Source: a virus. Taken from it: 64,000 bases of DNA. The position numbers and the translations under genes are program-made. Within the stretch, counting starts at the first letter, position 1; each line of letters begins with the position of its first letter. This document shows positions 46,963 to 55,634 of the stretch, piece by piece. The stretch covers positions 32,001-96,000 of the IMG/VR virus record IMGVR_UViG_3300031414_000009; one strand, written 5' to 3'. The notes beneath the pieces were generated by a model, which saw only the letters and a list, made by a program, of their open reading frames with translations, was not told where the DNA came from and did not search any database.

Positions 46963-48486
46963 TTATTTGGTATACAGCTGCAACCAGCGACCCACGTCAC
47001 GCAGATAATGGCAGAACATAAACAGCGGTGAATACGCAAAGTCATTCGCGGTGTCCGGACGAGACTGGAAATAGAACTCATCGTACAGCTCTTCGCCGTA
47101 TTTTGAGTCGTAGCCAAATTCGTCATTTTCCCATACACCAGAATCGCAGCCAGAACCCATCATTGGGATGAGGTCATGCAGTTTGCTGTATTCGTTGGCG
47201 AAGTCCAGTAATGCCTTACCGGCCGCCACAACGTCGTCTTCTGAAAGCTCAGGTACGTCAGGTGCTTCTTTGTACGTAACCTTGATTTCTTCTACGGCAT
47301 TGAACTTAGCCTTAGGGTTATAGCGTAACACGTAGCCACCCATCAGTTCGTCACTGGTGAAGTTGGCTTTGAACGGATACGGAAGACGCTGTGCTTTTGC
47401 TAAAGTGTCTTTAGCCACAGCCTCGGCATCTTCACCCTTCTCGATACGTTTCTGTGCGTCTTCTTCCAGATCGCTCAGACCCTGGCCGTATGCTTTACAC
47501 GCAGGCAGGATAGTTTCGAGTAGCTTACGAATTCGAGACAGCGCTTCAGTGACGCCCTGTGCTGGAGGAAGAACCTTACCGTCCACAGAAAGACGACATG
47601 CCAGCTCTTTATCGATAGCCTTGCTCAGCGGATGGTAGTTGTGTTTAACCCAACCCGGATTGGCAAAGGTCTTTTCGATCTCTTTGCGTTGCTCTTGTGC
47701 CCAGCGAGAATCAGTAAGTTTCTTACCGTCTTTCTCGTCACCTGGTGAGGGTTTGTTATAACCCTTGAACATCGCTACGATACCGTCGAAGATACCTTCC
47801 TGGGACACTGAGAATGACTCAGTCGAAGGTTGGGTGTTAACAGTACCGGTATTTCCTGTGGCTGGGGAAGTCCCTGGTTCAGCTTGTGCTGGTTGTGAGA
47901 ACTCTGCTGCGCGTTCTTCCTGCACTGCGCTAACCAAACCCGCCGCTGTGACCGGTGCCTGTTTCTGTCCATCGGCTGGCTTCTCTTCCTGCTCGACTGC
48001 CTTACGCACGAGTTCCTGGGTGTCCAGTAACTTACCGTCAGGCGTTTTATCGTTAAAGCGATTGAACCAGTCAATCGTTTCTTCCATGCTCAGCAGAACA
48101 GTTGCATTGTTACGCTCAAGAAGACGCTTAGCGGAAACAATGGAACTCCACTGTTGTTCACTAAAGGCTTTGTCTTCGAAGCTTGGTAGGAATGCCACCA
48201 CAACCGTTTTCTCAGAGCGGATCGCGTCTTCAGTCATCTCGAGGAAACTGTAGCAACCTTCCTGATACGGCGTAATAGCATAAAGGATAACGTCCGCTTC
48301 TTCGCGAACAGCCAGCTCGGTTTCCTTGGCTTCCTCAGTCCACTCACTTACGATCGGATTGAACCAACGGAAACTTTGTCCTACTTGCTGGCAGAGACGC
48401 TCACGCCACTTCGGACCAGTGCTCGTGCCGCCCATAAAGACGACTGGAGCATTGCCTTCAGCAGCAAGTGCTTCACGAATACCCAT
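46963..48486 (-). CDS. probable virion head protein with N-terminal nucleoside 2-deoxyribosyltransferase-like domain
   Basis: VFMGGT..WRE..FNP.V.EW..E..ITP..YSFLE (NDT-like); Q/A/P/T linker; STESFSVSQEGIFDGIVAMF phiKZ-type S-x-E processing signature. Confidence 0.75.
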   Translation of the reverse strand: MGIREALAAEGNAPVVFMGGTSTGPKWRERLCQQVGQSFRWFNPIVSEWTEEAKETELAVREEADVILYAITPYQEGCYSFLEMTEDAIRSEKTVVVAFLPSFEDKAFSEQQWSSIVSAKRLLERNNATVLLSMEETIDWFNRFNDKTPDGKLLDTQELVRKAVEQEEKPADGQKQAPVTAAGLVSAVQEERAAEFSQPAQAEPGTSPATGNTGTVNTQPSTESFSVSQEGIFDGIVAMFKGYNKPSPGDEKDGKKLTDSRWAQEQRKEIEKTFANPGWVKHNYHPLSKAIDKELACRLSVDGKVLPPAQGVTEALSRIRKLLETILPACKAYGQGLSDLEEDAQKRIEKGEDAEAVAKDTLAKAQRLPYPFKANFTSDELMGGYVLRYNPKAKFNAVEEIKVTYKEAPDVPELSEDDVVAAGKALLDFANEYSKLHDLIPMMGSGCDSGVWENDEFGYDSKYGEELYDEFYFQSRPDTANDFAYSPLFMFCHYLRDVGRWLQLYTK

Positions 48487-48526
48487 TACAAACTCCTTAA
48501 CGGCGGGCTTTCACCCGCCTCAGTTT

Positions 48527-49525
48527 TTACATAAAGAAACCGTCGTCAGTGGCCTGGTCTTTCTCGTCGATAATGCTGCGGTTGTCTTTACGAGCAGCGC
48601 GGCGCTTTTCGACTTCTTCGAGCTTGCCTTTGACCATGTCAGCAATAGCCGGGATCGCCTGAACGCTCACTACAAAGTGATAGCTCTGATAATCGCGACC
48701 ATCTTTCGGATGATAACCGACGGTGCTATAGTCTGGCATTACGCCACCCAGAGTTTCAGCCGCATTGCTGATAACAGATGCGATTGAAATTGGATCAGCC
48801 ACAGAAGAAAGCTGCGATGCGTCGGTAACGACTTCAAGCAGTGCCAGCTGTGGTTTAACGTTGATGCCTGGGATACGATCAGGGCGCAGGAAGTTCAGGA
48901 TGTCTGCGGTGTCCAGCTCGGTAATGCGCGGGCCACACATAACACTGACAGCAGCAATGATTGCTTTTACTTTAGCATCCACCGCAGCACGTTCTGAGTT
49001 ATCACCATTGTCTTCGTAGGCAACCGGAATGAACATCCCGTTAGAACGAGCTTTGCCGTCCAGCGTCTTTAACGCATCCAGGGTGTTCTTAACGGTCAGC
49101 GCATTTTCGCTACTGCCGACAACGATACCAATCGCACGCTCGCCGCGTTTGATCAGCTCCATCAGTACGTTAGTACCTTCGGTGTTACCGGAACCACCAG
49201 ACAGAGAGAAGGCAACGATGTTCATTGCTTCCGGCGGCATGTTCAACAAAATCTGATTTGTTGAGTTATCTGCGGTAAATGCTTTGTGGGACTCAATGCG
49301 CAGTTTACCTGCACCGTCCATACCTGGAACGACATACACGTCTTCGTCACGTTCGTCACCGCGCAGGTTAGCGGTTTTACTGGTGTCGACGTAACCCACC
49401 TTAATTTCCGGCAGATTAGTGGCTTCGATCAGTTCTTTGTTTTCTGGCAGCGACAGATCCCATGGGCGAGTGGTGTTAATACCAAAACCGCCAACCCCAT
49501 AGATACGTACAGATCCTAAACTCAT
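48527..49525 (-). CDS. phuZ: phage tubulin PhuZ
   Basis: YGVGGFGIN, VDTS..N, DGAGK.R, SLSGGSG, ELDTADI, acidic tail IIDEKDQATDDGFFM; ATG 49525 with GAGG SD. Confidence 0.93.
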   Translation of the reverse strand: MSLGSVRIYGVGGFGINTTRPWDLSLPENKELIEATNLPEIKVGYVDTSKTANLRGDERDEDVYVVPGMDGAGKLRIESHKAFTADNSTNQILLNMPPEAMNIVAFSLSGGSGNTEGTNVLMELIKRGERAIGIVVGSSENALTVKNTLDALKTLDGKARSNGMFIPVAYEDNGDNSERAAVDAKVKAIIAAVSVMCGPRITELDTADILNFLRPDRIPGINVKPQLALLEVVTDASQLSSVADPISIASVISNAAETLGGVMPDYSTVGYHPKDGRDYQSYHFVVSVQAIPAIADMVKGKLEEVEKRRAARKDNRSIIDEKDQATDDGFFM

Positions 49526-49570
49526 TGTAAGCCTCATTTTTGTAAAATAGTCCATACCATTGGAGGTTGT

Positions 49571-50398
49571 ATGAACGCCATTGATAAGGCACTGCAAGAA
49601 ATCAGAGCGACCATTCCGCTTCCGATTCTACAGCGCGCCTTTATTAACACAATCGAACACTACCAGATGTTAAACGTTTCCCTGGACAGTGTTATTCGTG
49701 ATCAGGTCATTTCTCAGCGTGTCTGGGCTGACTGTAGCCTGCAAGGTGCGCAGCAAGTACTGATCCCATTCCGTGAATTGAAACCCATGCAACCGGATGC
49801 GTATTCCTTTATCTATCGCATTCCTAAGAGCATGACTAACGGTCGTAGCATAATGTCTGTGTTGGATGTAGTTTATTACGTAGCACAGGGATTAGTTGCC
49901 TACGGTGGTTCCTACAGTATGGTTAACTCGCTTAACTCTAACTGTGAGAACTCACCTATCCTTCAGGCAGGTAAGGCACTGCGCGACGTCGATGGTAACA
50001 TTGCACAGATCTCTACAGCTAATGCCCAGGTTATTGGTGAGAACGTTATCTTTATCAACGATAACTCCGGGCTAGTAGTTGCAGGTGGTGCGCACGTTAA
50101 ACTGGCCCACGACGATCAATTCTCTAACATCAAACCAGAGCTGTATGGTGCATTTGCTAAGCTCTGTGTGTTGGCCACCAAAGCCTGGATCTTTAACAAC
50201 ATGGAGATCATCATCGATCGAAATGAAGTCTGGTCCGGTATGGCGGTTGGCAAGTTCAAAGAGATCATCGATCGCTATTCCAGTGCGGAAGAGATGTACC
50301 AGGAGTACAAAGACACTACGTGGCGTAAGGCTCAAGTGTCTGCTGACTACGTGACATCCAACCGCATTATACGCGGGCTGTTCGGTTTCGCTCGGTAA
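49571..50398 (+). CDS. hypothetical protein divergent from phuZ, probably a phiKZ-like core gene
   Basis: 275 aa, GGAGG SD; position divergent from phuZ (inference). Confidence 0.8.
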   Translation: MNAIDKALQEIRATIPLPILQRAFINTIEHYQMLNVSLDSVIRDQVISQRVWADCSLQGAQQVLIPFRELKPMQPDAYSFIYRIPKSMTNGRSIMSVLDVVYYVAQGLVAYGGSYSMVNSLNSNCENSPILQAGKALRDVDGNIAQISTANAQVIGENVIFINDNSGLVVAGGAHVKLAHDDQFSNIKPELYGAFAKLCVLATKAWIFNNMEIIIDRNEVWSGMAVGKFKEIIDRYSSAEEMYQEYKDTTWRKAQVSADYVTSNRIIRGLFGFAR

Positions 50399-50876
50399 AG
50401 TACGCTACCGCCAGGCGTCCGGCAAACTCACTGGTATATTCAGTGCCAGGCACAATCAGTTGATGTGCAATGTGCATGTAATACAAGTGGTCCGGTTGCC
50501 TGATACGGTACAACGCCGTGCACGTAGCTGGACCAGGAATAGGGTACGTAGTGACCACCGCTACCAGATTATCATCCAGGTAGAGATAATGCGTAAACGG
50601 ATCGGAATCGTCTAGCATCAGTTCACCAGCGTCAAGTAACGCATGGGGTTCCTCAACTCGACTATCAACCCACTTACGCAACAGCTCGTAGTAGCTTCCC
50701 GTTGAACGGTCCTGACTACGATCCATTTTAACGAAGGTATAGTTCTTAGCTTCGTCTACTAACAGTGCCACTAAATTACCAACCTCGTAGTCGAGACTAA
50801 AGGTAACTTTACCGTCTTCGGTTTCCATGACACTGAGGTTTTCATCCACTTCAGGTTCAACAGCTTTAGTTTCCAT
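50367..50876 (-). CDS. hypothetical acidic protein
   Basis: 169 aa; 3' end overlaps the convergent gene by 32 nt. Confidence 0.7.
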   Translation of the reverse strand: METKAVEPEVDENLSVMETEDGKVTFSLDYEVGNLVALLVDEAKNYTFVKMDRSQDRSTGSYYELLRKWVDSRVEEPHALLDAGELMLDDSDPFTHYLYLDDNLVAVVTTYPIPGPATCTALYRIRQPDHLYYMHIAHQLIVPGTEYTSEFAGRLAVAYFTERNRTARV

Positions 50877-50884
50877 AATCTCAC

Positions 50885-50939
50885 CAAAAAAAAAAATAGT
50901 CTTAGGCTAGCCTCCCTTGTGGGAGGCTAGTTTATGCCC
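50885..50939. terminator. bidirectional hairpin terminator
   Basis: CTAGCCTCCC/GGGAGGCTAG; TTTATGCCC on plus, displaced T run on minus. Confidence 0.8.
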
Positions 50940-50950
50940 GCAGATGCGGA

Positions 50951-51310
50951 TTAATGAAAGCAGCGTTTAATCATGGTCTGAATATCGAATAACTCGATAG
51001 ACTCACCAATGACTTTACCGACTACAGTTTTACCCAGCTTAACTTCGCCGTCCTTCATACGCATTTCACCAACGGCCCATACTTTAAATGGGATACGGTT
51101 AGCTTTTGCGTAATCAACAGCTGCTTCGATTACCGACTCTGGGAGCAGGCGATCAGATGGATCTACCATTGGGTATGCCCGCATCAGTACTAACTCACCG
51201 TTCTGCTGAACGAGTGCGGTCACTGTATTGATGCTCAGTTCACTGCTCAAAACGATCTCTGCATTGAAATCGTTGTCTGCGTTCAGGATGATAGTATTTG
51301 ATGCGTTCAT
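50951..51310 (-). CDS. hypothetical protein, paralog of 53942-54391
   Basis: ATG 51310 with AAGGA SD; LLPE...VGEM.M vs VIPE...MGQL.M. Confidence 0.7.
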   Translation of the reverse strand: MNASNTIILNADNDFNAEIVLSSELSINTVTALVQQNGELVLMRAYPMVDPSDRLLPESVIEAAVDYAKANRIPFKVWAVGEMRMKDGEVKLGKTVVGKVIGESIELFDIQTMIKRCFH

Positions 51311-51323
51311 AGTGGTGTTCCTT

Positions 51324-51902
51324 TTATACGTATAAGACGATCTTTTCAGCAAGCTCTCGATTGCCTGCATAGATCACAACATGGCGATCGGTGGTATAGT
51401 CGTTATCGATATACCCGATCTGTTCGTTTTCGTTAGTATCAACTACAATAAGCCGATACTTAACAAAAGGACAACCGATGACGGTAATGCCATCGATCTT
51501 CTTCAGCAGCTCTACCAACATCGTGACTTGGTTATGTGCCCCGTTACCTGTGATGTATGTTCTACGGATCATCGCGCAGATAGAACTGTTTCCGTTCCTC
51601 AGATGCTTGACAGCGACGTTCTTGTCATAGTGGCCGACTTCGCTAAAATGCACTCCGTCCTCTGCATCAGTGTCGTGCGTCTCGATGACATAATAGCCAT
51701 CTGGTCCGGGGGTGAGCTTCTTCAACTCCTCCGGGTCACACTTACCACAGACGATGTGACCAACCACTTCGCTCACATTAAGGAGACTAGCGTTGCGCGG
51801 GTTAGCGTACACGACGATGTTTAAGTCCGTACATGACTTAATCCAGTCACGCAGTGTATTAGCACCGGGGACTTTAGAACGCATCTGAAATTCAGGGTAC
51901 AT
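51324..51902 (-). CDS. hypothetical protein
   Basis: 192 aa, AAGGA SD. Confidence 0.7.
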   Translation of the reverse strand: MYPEFQMRSKVPGANTLRDWIKSCTDLNIVVYANPRNASLLNVSEVVGHIVCGKCDPEELKKLTPGPDGYYVIETHDTDAEDGVHFSEVGHYDKNVAVKHLRNGNSSICAMIRRTYITGNGAHNQVTMLVELLKKIDGITVIGCPFVKYRLIVVDTNENEQIGYIDNDYTTDRHVVIYAGNRELAEKIVLYV

Positions 51903-51928
51903 GTGGTGATCCTTTTCATAATAAGAGT

Positions 51929-51954
51929 TTAGGCTGTATTTAAATACAGCCTAG
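51929..51954 (-). terminator. perfect palindrome / hairpin
   Basis: TAGGCTGTATTTAAATACAGCCTA, no clear U tract. Confidence 0.5.
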
Positions 51955-51968
51955 TTTAAGTAAAACGT

Positions 51969-52181
51969 TTAGAGCTTACGGAACAGGCTATCGATTGCGA
52001 CACCTGCCGCTGCACCAACTGCGGTGCAAGCAACCATAACGCCCAGGGTTTCAAACTGGCTAGCTGGTTCATCGCCTTCCTTCTTAGGGGACACGATGAC
52101 CGTTGTAGCAGCAGCAGCACCCAGTCCCATTGACACACCCACCAGGATGGTCGAGACGTTTTTCAGATCGAAGTCAATCAT
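51969..52181 (-). CDS. small two-TM Gly/Ala-zipper membrane protein
   Basis: GVSMGLGA and AVGAAAGVA motifs; AGGAG SD. Confidence 0.75.
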   Translation of the reverse strand: MIDFDLKNVSTILVGVSMGLGAAAATTVIVSPKKEGDEPASQFETLGVMVACTAVGAAAGVAIDSLFRKL

Positions 52182-52195
52182 AGTTAACTCCTCCT

Positions 52196-52372
52196 TTATT
52201 CGGTCACTGAGCGAATGACTTTCTCAACAACCACACTTACGACAACGCCGGAAGTAATCACAGCTGCCCGGCGAAGCAGCTCATGTTCCTCGCCGACATA
52301 TTTGCGGGATTCGCGATCTACGACATAACTCGTGAGACCACCCGCTACAGCACATGCGATGCGAGCCATCAT
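52196..52372 (-). CDS. 58-aa hydrophobic micro-protein (not in the ORF track)
   Basis: MMARIACAVAGGLTSYVVDRESRKYVGEEHELLRRAAVITSGVVVSVVVEKVIRSVTE; GAGGT SD; fills the gap between two small genes. Confidence 0.65.
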   Translation of the reverse strand: MMARIACAVAGGLTSYVVDRESRKYVGEEHELLRRAAVITSGVVVSVVVEKVIRSVTE

Positions 52373-52430
52373 AAAAACAACCTCTCTTTCAGTTTAGGAT
52401 GGGGACACTATGGTCCCCGACTTGCAGTAC

Positions 52431-52622
52431 TTACTGCTGCGCTTCACGCACAACATCAGCTGCTGCATCACCGGCTGCATCAACAGCAGCCGCCACGCTC
52501 TCGGTCAGGCTCTCTGCGTCACCATTAGCACGTTTCCATGCCCAATAGCCAACGCCAGCAATAGCAGCGACACCAACAACAACACAAGTAGCGATAGTTA
52601 CGTTTTTAGCGGTAGAAGACAT
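52431..52622 (-). CDS. small single-pass membrane protein, early; paralog of 1904-2080
   Basis: KNVTIATCVVVGVAAIAGVGYW then acidic Ala-rich tail. Confidence 0.75.
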   Translation of the reverse strand: MSSTAKNVTIATCVVVGVAAIAGVGYWAWKRANGDAESLTESVAAAVDAAGDAAADVVREAQQ

Positions 52623-52701
52623 AATTTGACACCTTATAAAAATGAATGGAGTAAGGGCATAAAACCCAGGGAAGTGGAGAACTAACTCTCCACATTCACA
52701 A

Positions 52702-52724
52702 GGGTCTTATATATCTGAAAATTT
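52702..52724 (-). promoter_or_regulatory. putative early promoter followed by a leader hairpin
   Basis: AAATTTTCAGATATATAAGACCC. Confidence 0.65.
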
Positions 52725-52738
52725 ATTGAAACGTCGGT

Positions 52739-53200
52739 TTAGTTAATAAACCGTGCAGCACGCAGGTAGTTGAAGATGGCATCGCCCCAGGCGCGGGTAA
52801 ATGTCATACTCATCTGACCATGCTCCATAGAACCAGTACGCGCTTCCCACACCGGCAGCCATACACCACCGTCGCGAGTAGGTAACGCGAAATAGTTCAT
52901 TGTGAAGTTACAAGCACCCGGCAGGTACCAATCGTAGGCACCGTTCATGGCAGTGTTCAGACGTGCGATCGTATCCAGATGGATGGCGACCATATGCTGA
53001 TTGCAGTCTTCGGTGGTATAAACACGAAGCAGGTGATCAGGGGCAGGTTGATACTCAACAGCAAAGCCAGGTACTGCGTGAAGGGCATTGATGAAATCAA
53101 CGATAACCGGTGGCAGCGAACGACCGTTCTGATAAAGGAAATCCATGGTGCGCTGACGAACGGCGTTGATCTGAGCATATTCCGGGTAACGAGTTTGCAT
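52739..53200 (-). CDS. hypothetical protein
   Basis: 153 aa, AAGGA SD. Confidence 0.7.
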   Translation of the reverse strand: MQTRYPEYAQINAVRQRTMDFLYQNGRSLPPVIVDFINALHAVPGFAVEYQPAPDHLLRVYTTEDCNQHMVAIHLDTIARLNTAMNGAYDWYLPGACNFTMNYFALPTRDGGVWLPVWEARTGSMEHGQMSMTFTRAWGDAIFNYLRAARFIN

Positions 53201-53212
53201 AGCTATTCCTTA

Positions 53213-53929
53213 TTAGTAGCGTGAAAGCCAACTAAAGAAGTTGGGTGACACGACGCGACCTTCTGCATCGAGGTAGTAGATCTCATCTGTTGTGTCGACA
53301 GAGAGATCGTATTCCACCAGAACACTTTCAGCCAGACGGAAGTTTAAGTTCAGTCCGAACTGTGTGAAGGTTGCAACGGTCTTGGTATTGAAAGAGGCAT
53401 GATGAGGATAAAAGGTCTCATCAAGATTAGGAGCAAACAGACTGTAAACACCTGCGTCCAATACACGGACAGTAGGATGCTTTAAGTCAGCGAATGCACG
53501 CAACAGTTGCTTAGTGAGTTTGTCACCCAGCACACTATCGGCAAAGATACTGATGTAATTCTGATCAACACCAAGCCAGCCAGCTAACACGCCGACGGTA
53601 GGTTCGTTAATCTGAATGCTAACGCCAGCGTTTTGAATGCGTCGTTTACCGACTAACTCAAGACGATTGGCAACCAGGCTTTGGTTAGACTGAGCCAGCA
53701 CGCCATAGTGACCACTGATAGTGCCCGGCTTGAGAATGTAAGACTCTTCCCATGCCAGGAGTTCAGAGGGTCGACCAGGATGCGGGATCTGACTAACTGG
53801 TACGTGTGCATCGGCACGCGTCGAACTGGAGGTTTTATAGCCAAGGGTAAAACCCAAGGTAAAACCACCGCCCGGTGTCGAAACTACACTTGCTGATTTT
53901 ATTTCAGGTTCGAAGATTGAGAAAAGCAC
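53213..53929 (-). CDS. hypothetical protein
   Basis: 238 aa, GTG start with GAGGA SD. Confidence 0.7.
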   Translation of the reverse strand: MLFSIFEPEIKSASVVSTPGGGFTLGFTLGYKTSSSTRADAHVPVSQIPHPGRPSELLAWEESYILKPGTISGHYGVLAQSNQSLVANRLELVGKRRIQNAGVSIQINEPTVGVLAGWLGVDQNYISIFADSVLGDKLTKQLLRAFADLKHPTVRVLDAGVYSLFAPNLDETFYPHHASFNTKTVATFTQFGLNLNFRLAESVLVEYDLSVDTTDEIYYLDAEGRVVSPNFFSWLSRY

Positions 53930-53941
53930 GTTAGTGTCCTC

Positions 53942-54391
53942 TTAACATGCCTCGCTATGGAGAAGTTCCAAACGAGCCACGCGATTGAGTGAGCGCTCAC
54001 TGTCCGACACTTTCACACCCCGACACGAGAGGTTAGTTAACCCCGTGGTGCTAAACGTGAATCGTCCGTCAGTGATCGAGCCTAAAGTCACGTTAGCGAT
54101 AGTTATGGAGCTGGCAACTTTATTCATCCAAAGTTGACCCATAACCCGAACTGTTCCCTTTGCTGCATTGGCAACAAGAAGGCGAGCACGATCTGCTACT
54201 TTACCGTAATCTTCCGGTATAACAGCATCACCGTTTTCCAGTGCGTATACGTGGACCACATCATTCGCGGTAAAAAGGACGACAATGTCTTTCAACTTGA
54301 TTTCTTTGTTCAGTCGCATGATCACTGCATTGTTTTCACGCATCTCTAAGAAATCCGATTTAGAGGTCTTAACCCAGCGATAAGTCTGCAT
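53942..54391 (-). CDS. hypothetical protein, paralog of 50951-51310
   Basis: 149 aa, TAATG-coupled. Confidence 0.7.
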   Translation of the reverse strand: MQTYRWVKTSKSDFLEMRENNAVIMRLNKEIKLKDIVVLFTANDVVHVYALENGDAVIPEDYGKVADRARLLVANAAKGTVRVMGQLWMNKVASSITIANVTLGSITDGRFTFSTTGLTNLSCRGVKVSDSERSLNRVARLELLHSEAC

Positions 54392-54765
54392 TAGAACCTC
54401 AGCGTTGTTTTACCAATGTCGATGCACACGGTTTTGGATTTCGGTGTTTCGCGATACATCACAAAACCTTCGATAGCCAGTGGGCTTTCCAAATCCCAGT
54501 TAATCTTGAGTGGTGTAGTCCACAGTACGTTACGTGCAACTTTCTTCAGGCGAGGGTAGAGTTTGTACAGCTCCGCCGTAGTGGTCTCTTTCGTTACCAG
54601 AGGATCATTTGCAATATCACGGATAATGCGAACAAACTGCGCATTGTCCAGATTGATGTCGTACGTGCTACGTCCACCTACGCCAAGGTTCTTATCTTGG
54701 ATCGGGAAAACTGACAGAGCGTATTCAGTAGCAAAGGTAGGGATTTTAGCGTGTGCAGTAATCAT
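54391..54765 (-). CDS. hypothetical protein
   Basis: 124 aa, AAGGA SD. Confidence 0.7.
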   Translation of the reverse strand: MITAHAKIPTFATEYALSVFPIQDKNLGVGGRSTYDINLDNAQFVRIIRDIANDPLVTKETTTAELYKLYPRLKKVARNVLWTTPLKINWDLESPLAIEGFVMYRETPKSKTVCIDIGKTTLRF

Positions 54766-54785
54766 GTTCGTATTCCTTATGAGAG

Positions 54786-55001
54786 TTAGGTCTGGATGGT
54801 GAACTTGTCACCTGATAAAGTAACGGTAATGCGTTTAGGTGAAACCTCTACGCTATAGTTTTCATGCTTACATGCAACCAGGTCCTTACGGCACTGATAT
54901 AGCATAGTGTGCATAAATGATTTTAAACGTGGTTTAGCACTGGCGATCTTAGAACCGACAATGTAGTTATTGAAAGCTTTGACAATGTGATTAGGCAGCA
55001 T
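54786..55001 (-). CDS. small basic hypothetical protein
   Basis: Likely ATG 55001 overlapping the upstream gene end. Confidence 0.55.
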   Translation of the reverse strand: MLPNHIVKAFNNYIVGSKIASAKPRLKSFMHTMLYQCRKDLVACKHENYSVEVSPKRITVTLSGDKFTIQT

Positions 55002-55557
55002 GCTCGCGGTCCGGGATAATTGCTTCCACGGTGTCGGCATCGATGCGGTTAATACGATAACGCGTTACGGTAGCCAGGCCACGGGTAGCAGGGGTAGCAA
55101 AGAACAAGGTGCGTGTACTAAGGAAGTAACCCTCGCAAACTCGCAGCGGGTTTTGACCTTTGACCAGTGGTTCGATCAGACGCACACTTACAACCGTATC
55201 AAGGTCAACGACCGCGCGATTAGGAACGCCAACGAAGTCCCAGAACATACGGTGGAGATAGGAGCCATTGCGCAGAGTTTCCAGCGAACGAGCGATCTCC
55301 ATCGTATAATGGTTCAAGCTAAGTTTTGCTAAACCGTTTGTGCTAACCTGGAATGAGATCTTTCGATTCATTATCAGCGGGCGAATTACCAGTGCTTCTT
55401 TTACGTCCCCAACGCTAACGTAATAGTTACCACCAGCCATATTGCAGACAATGGTTGCTTCACCTGAAGCGAGAATTACAATGCCCGGTCGGGGTACCAG
55501 CGTTTGTTTAACAAAGCGCATTACGCCTTTGTTCTGATCATAATACAGGGTAGCCAT
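54991..55557 (-). CDS. hypothetical early protein
   Basis: 188 aa, GAGGAG SD, first gene after an early promoter. Confidence 0.75.
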   Translation of the reverse strand: MATLYYDQNKGVMRFVKQTLVPRPGIVILASGEATIVCNMAGGNYYVSVGDVKEALVIRPLIMNRKISFQVSTNGLAKLSLNHYTMEIARSLETLRNGSYLHRMFWDFVGVPNRAVVDLDTVVSVRLIEPLVKGQNPLRVCEGYFLSTRTLFFATPATRGLATVTRYRINRIDADTVEAIIPDREHAA

Positions 55558-55588
55558 TAATTCTCTCCTCTTATTGGGCTATCTACAC

Positions 55589-55612
55589 GGAAATAATATG
55601 TATTTGAAAAAT
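55589..55612 (-). promoter_or_regulatory. putative early promoter
   Basis: ATTTTTCAAATACATATTATTTCC. Confidence 0.6.
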
Positions 55613-55634
55613 GAATGATGTCTAAGGAACCGCT

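Noticed and set aside
49526-49597. PhuZ N-terminal extension overlapping the divergent gene
   Set aside because: ATG 49525 has a GAGG SD and directly precedes the tubulin T1 motif
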